64,000 nt of DNA from Candidatus Nanoarchaeia archaeon (GCA_028279725.1 JANQNE010000011.1:25872-89871); one strand, 5' to 3'; counted from the stretch's first letter, positions 18,125 to 28,738 are shown. A program made the numbers and translations. The notes: generated by a model from the letters alone, not told the origin.

Positions 18125-19855
18125 ATGATAACCAAAGAAGCACACCAACATATGAAGGATATCGGTGTTATTGAAGGATTAAATCGTGATATTTCTCAAG
18201 AATATGAGGTAACTTCTTTTGATGAGGCCTTGCTTCCTCTGATAGACAAGAATGATGTTTTGGTTGTAGCAGGCGGTTTTTTTGGTGATGAAGGGAAGGG
18301 AAAGATAACAGATGCTGTTGCTAATCACTCAAAGATCAAACTGATAATGAGATCAAATTCAGGAGAAAATGCAGGCCATACAGTCTATCATGATGGAGTA
18401 AAATATGTTTTCCATGTAGTTCCTTCAGGAATATTAGTTCCAGGCAAGTTAAATCTTATCGGTTCTGAGTGTGTTGTGGATCCTGTAAATCTTATGGGGG
18501 AGCTTTCCCAGCTTACTGAAAGAAATATAGATTACTCTGAAAAACTTTTTATAGCAAATCCACATATTGTCGCTCCATATCATAAGCTGATGGATCTTAT
18601 CCAGACTGCTTCAAATTCCTCCACATTAAGAGGCATATCTCCTATACATGCTTCAAAGGCGAAGAAAAGAGGGTTGAGGCTTGATGACATATACATGCCG
18701 GAAGAACATCAGAAGAAGATCATTGAGAAAGATATGGGAGATTATATCGGATTGATGGAAGTATTGGGAAAAAATCAAGAACAACTGCTGAAGTTTTGTG
18801 AAGAAGTGAATTCTGATGATAATGTTGTCATTCCGGAGCATGTAGTTGGTTTTCTTAAAGCAGATGATAAAGTAAGATATATTGTTGATCTTTTCAGAAA
18901 GACTGTTGTAGAAAATAAGCTCTTTCCTGAAAGGACGAAGAATATGGATCTAGTTGACGATACTTTGGAGAAGGGAGATAAGATGCTTGTTGAAGCAGCA
19001 CAAAGTTTTTTTCTTTCAAATAAGATAAAGACTCATTTCAGATCTGCTACTTCAGCTGATACAAGCGCAAGCGGGACTATCTCTGCAGCTAATTATAATA
19101 TTGCCAAATACAATACAGCAGTCATAAATGTAATCAAATTTGTATCTTCAAGAGTTGGCAGAGGAGAGAATCCTGTCGGTTTTGTGCCGCAGACCTTCTT
19201 TTCAGATCAGGGGATAACCACGTTAAATGAACTGAAAGGTGTGTGTGAAGATTTTGATGAGATACAAAAGCAGTTTATGGATTCTGTTGGAGAGAACGGA
19301 ATCTTGGATCCTACAACCTACAAAGATAAGGATGGAAAAGAGTATCCTATAGTTGTTGCTATGGCTATCGCTTCTTCAAAACACTATGGGGAAAGAGGAG
19401 CTACTACTAAAAAACCAAGGATTACTGGATTTATAGATTGTGTTGCTCATCACCTTGTCAATAAGAAGCAAGGTCCATATCTTTCTATATCTGCTATGGA
19501 TAGAGGAGATGACCTTGATAAAGTGGGATTGGTTATCGCTTATGTTATCTATGTTCCAGAAGGGAAGAGTAATCCTGAGTCTGAAGGAAAAGAATATAAG
19601 ACAGGAGATTTGATAAAAACAGGAGATCCTATGCCTAATGAACAGGTCTTGAAGTATGCTATCCCTATAATAAAAGTTATGAATGGGTGGAAGGACAGCC
19701 CTATTGCTGTTGATAAAAGAAGTGTGGATGACCCATTACCTAAATCAGTCCAGGATTATATTGCTGCATTAGAGCATTTTACTGGAGCTGAAGTTATATC
19801 TATTGGGAATGGAGCTGACACAAAGAACCTGATATACTTGAAAAAGAAAGCTTAA
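18125..19855 (+). CDS. purA: Adenylosuccinate synthetase, unusually long (576 aa) with insertions
   Basis: P-loop GDEGKGKITD. NAGHTV. TKKPRITGFID aligns with TGRRRRCGWFD. Confidence 0.8.
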   Translation: MITKEAHQHMKDIGVIEGLNRDISQEYEVTSFDEALLPLIDKNDVLVVAGGFFGDEGKGKITDAVANHSKIKLIMRSNSGENAGHTVYHDGVKYVFHVVPSGILVPGKLNLIGSECVVDPVNLMGELSQLTERNIDYSEKLFIANPHIVAPYHKLMDLIQTASNSSTLRGISPIHASKAKKRGLRLDDIYMPEEHQKKIIEKDMGDYIGLMEVLGKNQEQLLKFCEEVNSDDNVVIPEHVVGFLKADDKVRYIVDLFRKTVVENKLFPERTKNMDLVDDTLEKGDKMLVEAAQSFFLSNKIKTHFRSATSADTSASGTISAANYNIAKYNTAVINVIKFVSSRVGRGENPVGFVPQTFFSDQGITTLNELKGVCEDFDEIQKQFMDSVGENGILDPTTYKDKDGKEYPIVVAMAIASSKHYGERGATTKKPRITGFIDCVAHHLVNKKQGPYLSISAMDRGDDLDKVGLVIAYVIYVPEGKSNPESEGKEYKTGDLIKTGDPMPNEQVLKYAIPIIKVMNGWKDSPIAVDKRSVDDPLPKSVQDYIAALEHFTGAEVISIGNGADTKNLIYLKKKA

Positions 19856-19865
19856 TGGTGAAAAG

Positions 19866-21701
19866 ATGAGTGCTGAAAAGATCCTTGTTTTAGATTTTGG
19901 AGGACAGTACACTCAGCTTATTGCCAAGATTGTGAGGCAGTGCAATGTTTTTTCTGAGATAAAGCCTCATGATTATCATTCTGAAGATATTGTAGGAGAT
20001 AATCCTAAAGGAATTATCTTATCTGGTGGGCCTGACAGTGTTTATGGTGATGGAGCTCCACAAATTGATAGGGAAATTCTTGAGTTAGGTATTCCTGTGC
20101 TAGGAATATGCTATGGCATGCAATTGATCAACTATACTCTGGGTGGTGGGATGATAAGAGGTGGAGATTCTATCAAAGAGTATGGGGAAAGTAGTGTGAT
20201 GGTGGAGAATGAGCATGATCTTTATTCTGGACTTAAAGAAAAGATAACTACCTGGATGAGCCATGGAGACAGTGTTGACGGAGGAGATCTTGCAAAAGGT
20301 TTTAGAGTTATAGGAAGGACTGACAATCATGTAGCTTCTATAGCGAATGATGATAAGAAGATTTATGGTGTACAGTTCCATCCTGAAGTTACTCATACTG
20401 TAAATGGAAAGGATATTGTCTCTAATTTTGTTCATAATATCTGCGGCTGTGGTGATGACTGGAATATGGGGAACTATATCGAGCAGTGCAAGAAATATGT
20501 CCAGAAAACAGTGGGGAAGAATGATGTAATCAATTTTGTAAGTGGTGGAGTTGATTCTACTTTTGTTGCTGCTGTTCTTTCTAAGACTGAGAACATCGGG
20601 AATGTGTATAATGTTTATATCGGAGCTTTGATGAGAAAGAATGAGAATAAAGAAGTTGTTAAAAGTATGGAGAAGGCTGGTGTGAAGAATCTTATTTTTA
20701 AAGAGTGTGAAGACAGGTTTATAGAAGCTGTCAGTAAGATGAGCGATCCTGAAGAGAAAAGGAAAGCTATAGGTGATCTTTTTGGGAAGATAATGCAGGA
20801 AGTGTGTGAAGAACTGAAATTAGATGCTGATAAGACTTTCTTAGGACAGGGGACATTGTATACAGATCAGATAGAAAGTGGCAAAGGTGTTGGTGATAAG
20901 GCTGATAATATCAAGTCTCATCATAATGTGGGATGTCCTTTTATAGAAGATATGAAGAAAAAGGGAAGGCTAGTTGAGCCGAATAATATGATATTCAAGG
21001 ATGAAGTTAGGAAGGCAGCAAAAGAGATAGGATTGCCTGAGTCGATATATGCAAGACAGCCATTTCCTGGTCCTGGAATAGGAATAAGGATTGTTGATGG
21101 TGTTGAGAATGTTGATCTGAGTGAAGTTAATGATAAAGTTAATGAAATTGCTAAGCAAGAGGGGTTGATCGGAGGAGTTGTTCCTGTGAAGACTGTTGGT
21201 GTACAGGGAGATGGAAGAACCTATACTTATCTTGCTGTCTTGAGGGGGGAGAGAAACTGGGATAAGATAAGGAAAGCTGCTAAAAGAATACCTCAGGAAG
21301 TAAGAGAAGTTAACAGGATTGTCTATGACCTGGGTAAGGAAGGAGATATTGATTTCAAAAGTACAGTTTCTACTAAAGTTAGCAGAGAGACTGTCGATCT
21401 GCTTAAGGATGTTGATCTTGAAGGAAGAAAGATAATTGATGAAAATGGTTTTAAGGATATAAGCCAGACAATATTTGTGTTGTTTGGATCTGACATGAAT
21501 AGTAAAGGGAAAAGAAGTGTTGCGTTGAGGGCTGTATCAACAGATGATTTTATGACAGTCAGACCAGTAAAAGTGGGTGATGGGTTCTTATCATGGGAAT
21601 GTCTTCAGCAGATCCATGATGTTCTATTGGATAAGTATAATGTCGGAGCGTTTGTCTATGATGTTACAGACAAGCCTCCTGCAACAACATGCTGGGAGTG
21701 A
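19866..21701 (+). CDS. guaA: GMP synthase (glutamine-hydrolysing), fused GATase + ATP-PPase
   Basis: GATase motifs GICYGMQL. PP-loop SGGVDST. C-terminal dimerization domain. 611 aa. Confidence 0.9.
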   Translation: MSAEKILVLDFGGQYTQLIAKIVRQCNVFSEIKPHDYHSEDIVGDNPKGIILSGGPDSVYGDGAPQIDREILELGIPVLGICYGMQLINYTLGGGMIRGGDSIKEYGESSVMVENEHDLYSGLKEKITTWMSHGDSVDGGDLAKGFRVIGRTDNHVASIANDDKKIYGVQFHPEVTHTVNGKDIVSNFVHNICGCGDDWNMGNYIEQCKKYVQKTVGKNDVINFVSGGVDSTFVAAVLSKTENIGNVYNVYIGALMRKNENKEVVKSMEKAGVKNLIFKECEDRFIEAVSKMSDPEEKRKAIGDLFGKIMQEVCEELKLDADKTFLGQGTLYTDQIESGKGVGDKADNIKSHHNVGCPFIEDMKKKGRLVEPNNMIFKDEVRKAAKEIGLPESIYARQPFPGPGIGIRIVDGVENVDLSEVNDKVNEIAKQEGLIGGVVPVKTVGVQGDGRTYTYLAVLRGERNWDKIRKAAKRIPQEVREVNRIVYDLGKEGDIDFKSTVSTKVSRETVDLLKDVDLEGRKIIDENGFKDISQTIFVLFGSDMNSKGKRSVALRAVSTDDFMTVRPVKVGDGFLSWECLQQIHDVLLDKYNVGAFVYDVTDKPPATTCWE

Positions 21702-22183
21702 AAATGGGAAAGAAAAAACTAGAATCTATGGTTAAGAGTAGTGTTAAGTATCTGATAGAAGGGGCAGTCTTGGCTGCGAAAGAAAGATATGACGGTGCGT
21801 TAGAACATAGGGCAGCTGAATATGCTGTTGAGAGAGAAGGAAAGCTGACAAAGGACCAATATGAATTCTTATTTCATTGCATACATTGGTTTCTATATTC
21901 AAGCCCTGGAGAATATGGACAAAAGAAGAGGCTTGATCGTACAGATGCAAGGAGAAGTGGTGATAAGCAGTATTGGAAATTGTTGAATCCACGTGAGTTC
22001 TTCAATAATGGCGATGGTCCTAGGAAGGATTTTGATAGGACAATGAACAGATTAGCTGAATGTGCGTATAGGCAGGAGAAAGACTGGTTTGACGGAAGAT
22101 ATGCCAGTTATATGGATAAAGGCGGAGAAATCAACAGAACAGAAAGAGTTAAATTGTTAAAATCACTCGATATCAAAGAGTAG
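21689..22183 (+). CDS. Hypothetical protein embedded in the purine locus
   Basis: 164-aa ORF overlapping the guaA end by 13 nt. An alternative start is MGKKK at 21704. No motif recognized. Confidence 0.4.
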   Translation: MLGVKMGKKKLESMVKSSVKYLIEGAVLAAKERYDGALEHRAAEYAVEREGKLTKDQYEFLFHCIHWFLYSSPGEYGQKKRLDRTDARRSGDKQYWKLLNPREFFNNGDGPRKDFDRTMNRLAECAYRQEKDWFDGRYASYMDKGGEINRTERVKLLKSLDIKE

Positions 22184-23281
22184 ATCTTCTTTATCTTTTC
22201 CTTTACTTTTTATTTTTATTTTGTTTTCTTCGATGACTTTGCCTGCAATCTGGGCTTTTATGTTGAACTTTGCTGCTTCCTGGATAACTTTTTCTGGCTC
22301 TGGTGTTATTATTGCTAAGCCTTGGCCCATGTTCCATGTCCTGTATGCTTCTTTGTCTGCTATGTTTCCTAGTTCCTGGCAATATTGCATAGCTTTGCAT
22401 GGTTCGAAAAGATTGTCTAGTTCAGCTCCATAACCTGATGGTTTTAGGACTCTGCCAAGTTTTCCTGGCAATCCGCCTCCTGTGATATGAGAGACACCAT
22501 GGATCTTACAGCATCCTTCTGTCTTGAAACCACCATGCATATGAATAACAGCTTTTGAATATATTGTTGAAGGTATGAGGACTAAATTTCCTAATTTTTC
22601 TCCTTCAAATTCAAAATTGTGCCATTCTGGACCATGTTTTTGTTCAAAAACCTTTCTTGTAAGAGATAATCCGTTTGATCTGAAGCCTTTTTCTTCAAGA
22701 ACAACAACAGAATCTCCTAGCTGAACTTCTTTTCCTGTGAAAAGCTTGTTTTTGTTTGCAAACCATGCTATGCTGGAGCACCAATTGTACTTGAACTTTC
22801 CATAACCACCAACACCATCTCCAAGTTCAGCTAATTCTCCGTTGATTACTGCAACATTTGCTGCATCAGCAGCTTTTACATAGCCTTCTGCAAGTTGTTT
22901 TAGCTGTTCTATGTGTGATTCGTTTTCTTTTCCTAAAGAATTAACGTCAAGAACACTTCCGATAAGGACTGGTTCTGCTCCTCTTACTATTGCATCATCA
23001 CAGACCATTGCAAAAAGATCAAAGGCTATTGTCTTATGGTTGTTCATCCTCTGTGCAATCTCTACTTTTGTTCCGACTCCGTCAAAACCTATGCACATAA
23101 GGCTTCCTTCAGGAAGATTTCCGATGTTAATGGCTCTGACTCCTGAGAAATCATCAAATGGAACGATGATCTCTCCGATATTGCCTTTTCTGTTATCAAA
23201 GGTAAGCTTTGCAGCTTTGTACAATATCTTTGATGCATCATCTCCAAGTTCGATGTTAACTCCTGAGTCTTTATAGTCCAT
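22163..23281 (-). CDS. purM: Phosphoribosylformylglycinamidine cyclo-ligase (AIR synthetase)
   Basis: N-terminal YKDSGVNIELGDD. PurM/AIRS N and C domains. 372 aa. Confidence 0.85.
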   Translation of the reverse strand: MDYKDSGVNIELGDDASKILYKAAKLTFDNRKGNIGEIIVPFDDFSGVRAINIGNLPEGSLMCIGFDGVGTKVEIAQRMNNHKTIAFDLFAMVCDDAIVRGAEPVLIGSVLDVNSLGKENESHIEQLKQLAEGYVKAADAANVAVINGELAELGDGVGGYGKFKYNWCSSIAWFANKNKLFTGKEVQLGDSVVVLEEKGFRSNGLSLTRKVFEQKHGPEWHNFEFEGEKLGNLVLIPSTIYSKAVIHMHGGFKTEGCCKIHGVSHITGGGLPGKLGRVLKPSGYGAELDNLFEPCKAMQYCQELGNIADKEAYRTWNMGQGLAIITPEPEKVIQEAAKFNIKAQIAGKVIEENKIKIKSKGKDKEDLLFDIE

Positions 23282-23282
23282 A

Positions 23283-24782
23283 TTAACCTCTGTCAGCTTT
23301 CTCCAGCTTTTCTATCTTTTCTTTGTTTTTCTTTTTTATCGCTTTCTGGATCTTCTCATTTGAGAGTCCTAAGATCTGTGCTGCATGTCTTGCTGCATTA
23401 GCAGGTCTTAAGATCAATGAGTTAGAGCTTCCTGGTGGATTCTCTAAGCAAGAAAAGCAATCATCTGCATCAGGAGGACAGCTGATCACTGGGTGAACGC
23501 TGTGGAATGATACAACTCCTGAAAGAGCATCTGTTCCTCCTGCAACAGAGATAAATACAACTGGTTCTTCAGACTGGTTGTATTTGTTTATGATCTCTTC
23601 ACATCTTCTTGGTTGTTTGTGTGCTGAGCAGATTCTTATGACTGATGCCAGTCCGTATTTGTTCAACTCTTCCTGGATCTTTTTCAGATGAGGCATGTCA
23701 CTGTCTGATCCTGCTATGATAACTACTAAGCCACCTTTGATGTATCCTTCTTTTCTTAGCTTTTGGATCATATCTGTGCTTACATCTGACTGAGGGAAAT
23801 TGAACTTATTTCCTGTCAGGCTTTCATATAAACTGATATATCTGTAAGCAACTTCTATTACATCTTTGTCTTCAAGTTCTGGCGGCTTTTCTGTTGATCC
23901 GTAAGCACCATATCCTTTTTCAACAAGAACATCTCTAACGAACTGTTTTGACAGCTCTTTTATCTTTAGCTGTGGTTTTTTCTTAAGAAGTTCTGTTACA
24001 TCTTTGTATCTTCCTGTATCCATCTCTTTCTTTATTCCTGTGTATTTGTTGTATTCTTCTATTGTACAGTATCTTGATGAATCTGGTGTGTTTGCTTCGT
24101 CAATCAGGTTGATCTTTCCTTTTTCGTCGATACCAAACTCATACTTTGTGTCAATGAAGATAAATCCTTTCTGTTCTGCCAGTTTTGATGCACGCTTAAA
24201 TAGTCTTATTGAGATATCTCTGAGCTGTGTTGCCAGTTTTTTTCCAAGCTTATCTGCCATGTATTCAAAGCTTACATTAACATCATGATCTCCATCTTCT
24301 GCTTTTGTAGCTGGAGTAAATAATGGTTCTCTAAGCTTTTGGTATCTTAGCAATGAATCTGAAAGCTTTATTCCGCAGAACTCTCTTTTTCCATCTTCGT
24401 AGTCTGCAGCCATGCTTCCCCAAACATATCCTCTTACAACGAATTCGAATGCAATCTTATTCATCTTTTTCTGGACAATAACATTTCCATGAGGGCTTCT
24501 TATGACAGCGTTTGGAACAATATCTGTTGTGTTGTCAAATGCCCATTGTGCGAAGAGGTTTAATGTTAATCCTTTGAAAGGGATCTGCCTGCTAAGTACA
24601 TGGTCAAAGCAAGATATCCTATCTGATGCCACCATCACTATAGGTTTTCCAACTTTTGGTGATGTAAAATGTACTTCTCTTACTTTTCCTGATTTATGTG
24701 TTCCAAGTTCTGGGATGTATCCTGAGAACAGGGTATTGTCTAAGTTTTCTTTGATTATTTTTTTGTATTTTTGTTCTTCCAT
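23283..24782 (-). CDS. purCE: Bifunctional SAICAR synthetase (N-terminal PurC) + class II AIR carboxylase (C-terminal PurE), PAICS-like
   Basis: N-terminal PurC fold. C-terminal GLVVIIAGSDSDMPH...SAHK...ISVAGGTDALSGVV...HPVISCPP matches class II PurE (SAHK, PVISCPP as in human PAICS). Confidence 0.85.
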   Translation of the reverse strand: MEEQKYKKIIKENLDNTLFSGYIPELGTHKSGKVREVHFTSPKVGKPIVMVASDRISCFDHVLSRQIPFKGLTLNLFAQWAFDNTTDIVPNAVIRSPHGNVIVQKKMNKIAFEFVVRGYVWGSMAADYEDGKREFCGIKLSDSLLRYQKLREPLFTPATKAEDGDHDVNVSFEYMADKLGKKLATQLRDISIRLFKRASKLAEQKGFIFIDTKYEFGIDEKGKINLIDEANTPDSSRYCTIEEYNKYTGIKKEMDTGRYKDVTELLKKKPQLKIKELSKQFVRDVLVEKGYGAYGSTEKPPELEDKDVIEVAYRYISLYESLTGNKFNFPQSDVSTDMIQKLRKEGYIKGGLVVIIAGSDSDMPHLKKIQEELNKYGLASVIRICSAHKQPRRCEEIINKYNQSEEPVVFISVAGGTDALSGVVSFHSVHPVISCPPDADDCFSCLENPPGSSNSLILRPANAARHAAQILGLSNEKIQKAIKKKNKEKIEKLEKADRG

Positions 24783-24806
24783 TTTTTCCTCCCCTATCCC
24801 TCTTTT

Positions 24807-25421
24807 TTATTTTTTGACTATAACTTTTCTTCCTTCAACCTTTATCTTTCCTTCTCCAAAAAGCTGTATAGCTTTAGGGTAAAGCTCTTTTTCTAATGTC
24901 TGGACCTTTTCTTTCAATGAATCTACTGTCTCGTCGTTCTCTATGTCTACTGTTCCCTGCATTATTATAGGTCCTGTGTCCATTCCTTCGTCAACAAAGT
25001 GGATTGTGCATCCGCTGACCTTACATCCATAGTTAAGGATGTCTTCATGTACTGACCTGTCCATTCCTGGGAATGAAGGCAGTAGTGAAGGATGAATGTT
25101 CATTATCCTGTCTTTATATTTGTTTGCAAACCATGGGCTAAAAAGACGCATATAGCCTACAAGGACTAAAAGTTCTACTTCTTCCTGGTCTAAGATCTCT
25201 GCAACTCTTTTGTCGTAGCTTTCTCTTGTGTCTTCATCTTTTTTGTACAATTCTATTCTTGTCTTGAATCCCTGGTTTTGTGCTCTTTCGATAGCATAGC
25301 ATTCTTTGTTTGCTAGGACAATCTTTAATTCTGCATCAAGCTCTTTGTTCTTTATAGCATCCATTATAGCCTGAAGATCTGTTCCGTTTGTTGATGCCAT
25401 TACAGCTATTTTTATCGTCAT
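24807..25421 (-). CDS. purN: Phosphoribosylglycinamide formyltransferase
   Basis: Formyl-transferase fold. 204 aa. Positioned between folD and purCE. Confidence 0.85.
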   Translation of the reverse strand: MTIKIAVMASTNGTDLQAIMDAIKNKELDAELKIVLANKECYAIERAQNQGFKTRIELYKKDEDTRESYDKRVAEILDQEEVELLVLVGYMRLFSPWFANKYKDRIMNIHPSLLPSFPGMDRSVHEDILNYGCKVSGCTIHFVDEGMDTGPIIMQGTVDIENDETVDSLKEKVQTLEKELYPKAIQLFGEGKIKVEGRKVIVKK

Positions 25422-26287
25422 TTTAGATTATTTTGCATCTTGTATGCAGTTAATGTGTTTTCTAGTAATGATGCTATTGTCATAGGGCCAACTCCACCTG
25501 GAACAGGTGTTATGTGTGAGCATTTGCCTTTTACGTTTTCAAAGTCAACATCGCCTTCAAGATGATATCCTTTTTCTGAGTCATCATCAACTCTGTTAAC
25601 TCCTACATCAATTACTACTGCTCCTTCTTTTACCATATCTGCTGTTACTAGTTTTGGTCTTCCTACTGCTGCAACTAATATATCTGCTGTCTTGCAGATC
25701 TCTGCCATATTTTGTGTTCTTGAATGGCAGATGGTTACTGTTGCGTTTTTTTGGAGTAGTAATGTCGATACTGGTTTTCCTACGATATTGCTTCTTCCTA
25801 TCACAACAGCATGTTTTCCGCTTATGTCTGTTCCAGTTGATTCTATAAGTGTTATTATCCCTTTTGGTGTGCATGAGACAAGGCTATTGTTTCCTGTGAA
25901 TAGATTTCCCATATTTACAGGATGAAATCCATCAACATCTTTCTCTGGGATTATTGTGTTTATGACTTTAGTGTCTGAGATCTGTTTTGGAACAGGCATC
26001 TGGACTAAAATTCCATTGACTGTTTCGTCGTTGTTAAGCTTTTCTATGAGTTTTAGCAGCTCTTCTTCTGGAATGTCTTTATCTAATTCATATTTGAATG
26101 ACTGAATGCCTACTTCTCTGCATTTCACTTCTTTCATGTTGACATATACTTTTGAAGCTGGATTTTCCCCTACTAAAACAACTGCTAATCCTGGCTTTTT
26201 TTCCAGTTGTGAAACTTCTTCTTTGATCTTTTCTCTTATCTCAGCTGAGATCTTGTTTCCGTCTATCAATTCCATTTTATCTATCAC
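25418..26287 (-). CDS. folD: Bifunctional 5,10-methylene-THF dehydrogenase / 5,10-methenyl-THF cyclohydrolase
   Basis: [10 protein letters not shown] motif. 289 aa. Confidence 0.9.
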   Translation of the reverse strand: MIDKMELIDGNKISAEIREKIKEEVSQLEKKPGLAVVLVGENPASKVYVNMKEVKCREVGIQSFKYELDKDIPEEELLKLIEKLNNDETVNGILVQMPVPKQISDTKVINTIIPEKDVDGFHPVNMGNLFTGNNSLVSCTPKGIITLIESTGTDISGKHAVVIGRSNIVGKPVSTLLLQKNATVTICHSRTQNMAEICKTADILVAAVGRPKLVTADMVKEGAVVIDVGVNRVDDDSEKGYHLEGDVDFENVKGKCSHITPVPGGVGPMTIASLLENTLTAYKMQNNLK

Positions 26288-27445
26288 CTAAAAATGTGCA
26301 AAGCATCTTTCTGTAGTATAGACCATTGCCATATCATGATCATTTGCTGCTTCAACAACCTCTAGGTCTTTTACAGAACCTCCTGGCTGTATTATTGCAG
26401 TTATACCTTGATTTGCTATAAGGTCAACTGAATCTCTGAAAGGAAAGAATCCATCTGATGAGATGACTGCTCCTTTTAGGGGATTTTCTGACAGTTTTTC
26501 TTTTGATGCTATGACATTTAATGAATCATATTCAATATTTTCCCTATCCATTGCTTTTTGGTATGCTTTTAGGATAGCCTGCTCAACAGCTCCAACTCTT
26601 TCTTGCTGTCCTGAGCCTATTGATAGGGAAACACCATTCTTAACAATAACAACACCATTACTTCTTACACCTAGGTTGATGTACCATGATGTTAGCAGGT
26701 CTTGGAGTTCCTGTATTGAAGGCTCTCTTTTTACTGAAACTTCTTTTTCATCTGTGTTTATTGTCGGATGTGTTATAAGATCTGATGGATCTTTTATCTT
26801 GCATAAGTAAGGTTTTTGGATGATTAATCTTCCTGCACCCATTATTTTGACGTCGAAGAGTCCTGTTGTGTCATCTCCAGCAAATTTTGGAACTTTGTCT
26901 AGGTTTTCGAATGTGAGCAGTCTCATGTTTTTCTTTTCGCTCAGGATATCTTCTGCTTCTTTCTGGAATCCAGGAGCTGCAACAGCTTCAACATAGCTTG
27001 TCATTATCTCTTCTGCTGTTTCTTTGTCAACTTCTCTGTTGAAAACTACTACTGAGCCGAATGCACTTCTTGCATCAGCATCTCTTGCATTTTTGTAGAT
27101 GTCTTTCAATGAGTTGTCCTGATATTGAGTTGCAAACCCCGAAGGTATTATGTGTTTCATAACGCAAACTGAAGGATGATTGAAGAACTTCAGTATTTCC
27201 ATAGCTCTTATTACATCCATTACATTTGTTGCTGATAATCCACCTTTTCCTGATTTTAGAAGCTGAATATTTGTAAGGTCAGCTATTGTTGATCCTTTGA
27301 ACTTGTATTCTGCTCCTGGCTGATTTGGATTTTCTCCATATCTTAGATCCATCTCTTTGACTAATTCTAACGGCAGTTCATCCGGATAGTCTCCAGCATT
27401 TACTGTCTTGTACATATTTTTTAGGTCGCTTAAGTTTTCTCCCAT
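26288..27445 (-). CDS. purH: AICAR transformylase domain of PurH, as a separate ORF (split purH, C-terminal half)
   Basis: AICARFT-domain similarity. The start ATG lies 1 nt after the stop of the IMPCH-domain ORF. Confidence 0.8.
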   Translation of the reverse strand: MGENLSDLKNMYKTVNAGDYPDELPLELVKEMDLRYGENPNQPGAEYKFKGSTIADLTNIQLLKSGKGGLSATNVMDVIRAMEILKFFNHPSVCVMKHIIPSGFATQYQDNSLKDIYKNARDADARSAFGSVVVFNREVDKETAEEIMTSYVEAVAAPGFQKEAEDILSEKKNMRLLTFENLDKVPKFAGDDTTGLFDVKIMGAGRLIIQKPYLCKIKDPSDLITHPTINTDEKEVSVKREPSIQELQDLLTSWYINLGVRSNGVVIVKNGVSLSIGSGQQERVGAVEQAILKAYQKAMDRENIEYDSLNVIASKEKLSENPLKGAVISSDGFFPFRDSVDLIANQGITAIIQPGGSVKDLEVVEAANDHDMAMVYTTERCFAHF

Positions 27446-27446
27446 T

Positions 27447-28169
27447 CTAATCCCTCTTTATTTCATAGCATTTCTCAAGATCTGCTATCTCTGTTTTTTG
27501 TATCAGCTTATTGACTGATGCCATATAATCTGTTATCATGCTTGATGCTTTTTTTGCCAAGTTAAGGCGAGTTGCAAGTGAGATCGCTCCGTTGTTTGTG
27601 TCTAGTTCTTCAATTAGTGTTTTGTATTCTGACGGATCTGTTATCAATGCAGTGCTTACTAATGCTTTTCTTGCATTATGACTCATGCTTGGCCCTCCTA
27701 CGTCTATATTTTGCCTTAGGATCTCAAAAGTTGAGTCAGGCTTTGCCATCATCTCATCCAATGGATAAAAGTTGACTATTAATGCATTGATGTAGTTGAT
27801 GTTATGTTCTTTCATGAATTCATCGTCTGATTCTGTATGATTGTGTGCTAAAAGTCCTGCATGTATAACTGGATGTAGTGATTTAACTAATCCTGTCTTC
27901 ATCTCAGGGTATTTTGTAACTTCTGAGACTTCTACAACATTAAGCCCTGCTTCTTTTACTATCTTGTATGTTCCTCCTGTTGATATGAACTGGACATCTG
28001 GGTTTTTTTCTGCTATAAAACCTAAAAGTCCGTTTTCTGGAATTCCTTCTATTATTGGTCCATCTTTTCTTTTGTTGGAAACTAATCCTTCTTTGTTTGT
28101 ACAGCTGACCAATACATGCTTTAGCTGTATAAGGTCATCAACTTTTTTTACAAATTCAATTTCAGCCAT
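27447..28169 (-). CDS. purH: IMP cyclohydrolase (MGS-like) domain of PurH, as a separate ORF (split purH, N-terminal half)
   Basis: VLVSCTNKEG, ISTGGT and GLVKSLHPVIHAGLL MGS/IMPCH motifs. 240 aa. TAG stop at 27447-27449. Confidence 0.8.
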   Translation of the reverse strand: MAEIEFVKKVDDLIQLKHVLVSCTNKEGLVSNKRKDGPIIEGIPENGLLGFIAEKNPDVQFISTGGTYKIVKEAGLNVVEVSEVTKYPEMKTGLVKSLHPVIHAGLLAHNHTESDDEFMKEHNINYINALIVNFYPLDEMMAKPDSTFEILRQNIDVGGPSMSHNARKALVSTALITDPSEYKTLIEELDTNNGAISLATRLNLAKKASSMITDYMASVNKLIQKTEIADLEKCYEIKRD

Positions 28170-28738
28170 TATTTACACCTTATCACTCTTTTTTCGGTAA
28201 TTATCATATCCATCGGGATGTCATAATCTTCTGTTGGTATATTTTTTGTTATCTGTTCTTCAAATGCAAGCCCTATTTTTAGGGAGTTTCTGTCTTTCAG
28301 GAATCTGTCGTAAAAACCTTTTCCGAATCCTATCCTTGCTCCGCTTTGGTCAAAAGCGATGCCTGGGACGAGGACGATGTCCAGGTTTTCTTTGTATTCC
28401 TCTTTTTTGATTGGTTCGAGTACTCCGAAGTTCCCTTCTTTTAGGTCATTGAAGTCAGATAATTTTGATATCTTTATGTTGTTTTCTTCGACAAATGGGA
28501 TGATTACTGTCTTTTGCTGCAGTTGTTCTTTGATTAATTCTATTGTGTTTACCTCACTTTTTAGTGAAAGGTAAGACATCACTATGTTTGCTTTTTTGAA
28601 CTCATCCAGATCTTTTAGATGTTGGATGATTGTCTTGCTTTTTTCTGAGATCTGTTCTTCCGGTATGTTATCTCTTATGGACCTTATGGTGTTTCTGATC
28701 TCTTGTTTGTTTATTCTGTTCATAGTGCGATTCTTCAC
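28169..28738 (-). CDS. 5-formyltetrahydrofolate cyclo-ligase (MTHFS)
   Basis: IVLVPGIAFDQSGARIGFGKGFYDRFL signature. 189 aa. Confidence 0.75.
   Translation of the reverse strand: MKNRTMNRINKQEIRNTIRSIRDNIPEEQISEKSKTIIQHLKDLDEFKKANIVMSYLSLKSEVNTIELIKEQLQQKTVIIPFVEENNIKISKLSDFNDLKEGNFGVLEPIKKEEYKENLDIVLVPGIAFDQSGARIGFGKGFYDRFLKDRNSLKIGLAFEEQITKNIPTEDYDIPMDMIITEKRVIRCK

Noticed and set aside
25608-25925. Several 60-90-aa ORFs on both strands inside folD (25608-25874, 25654-25848, 25692-25925)
   Set aside because: Embedded in a confidently assigned folD CDS. Arg/Lys- or Leu/Phe-rich translations characteristic of wrong-frame reading of AT-rich coding DNA.
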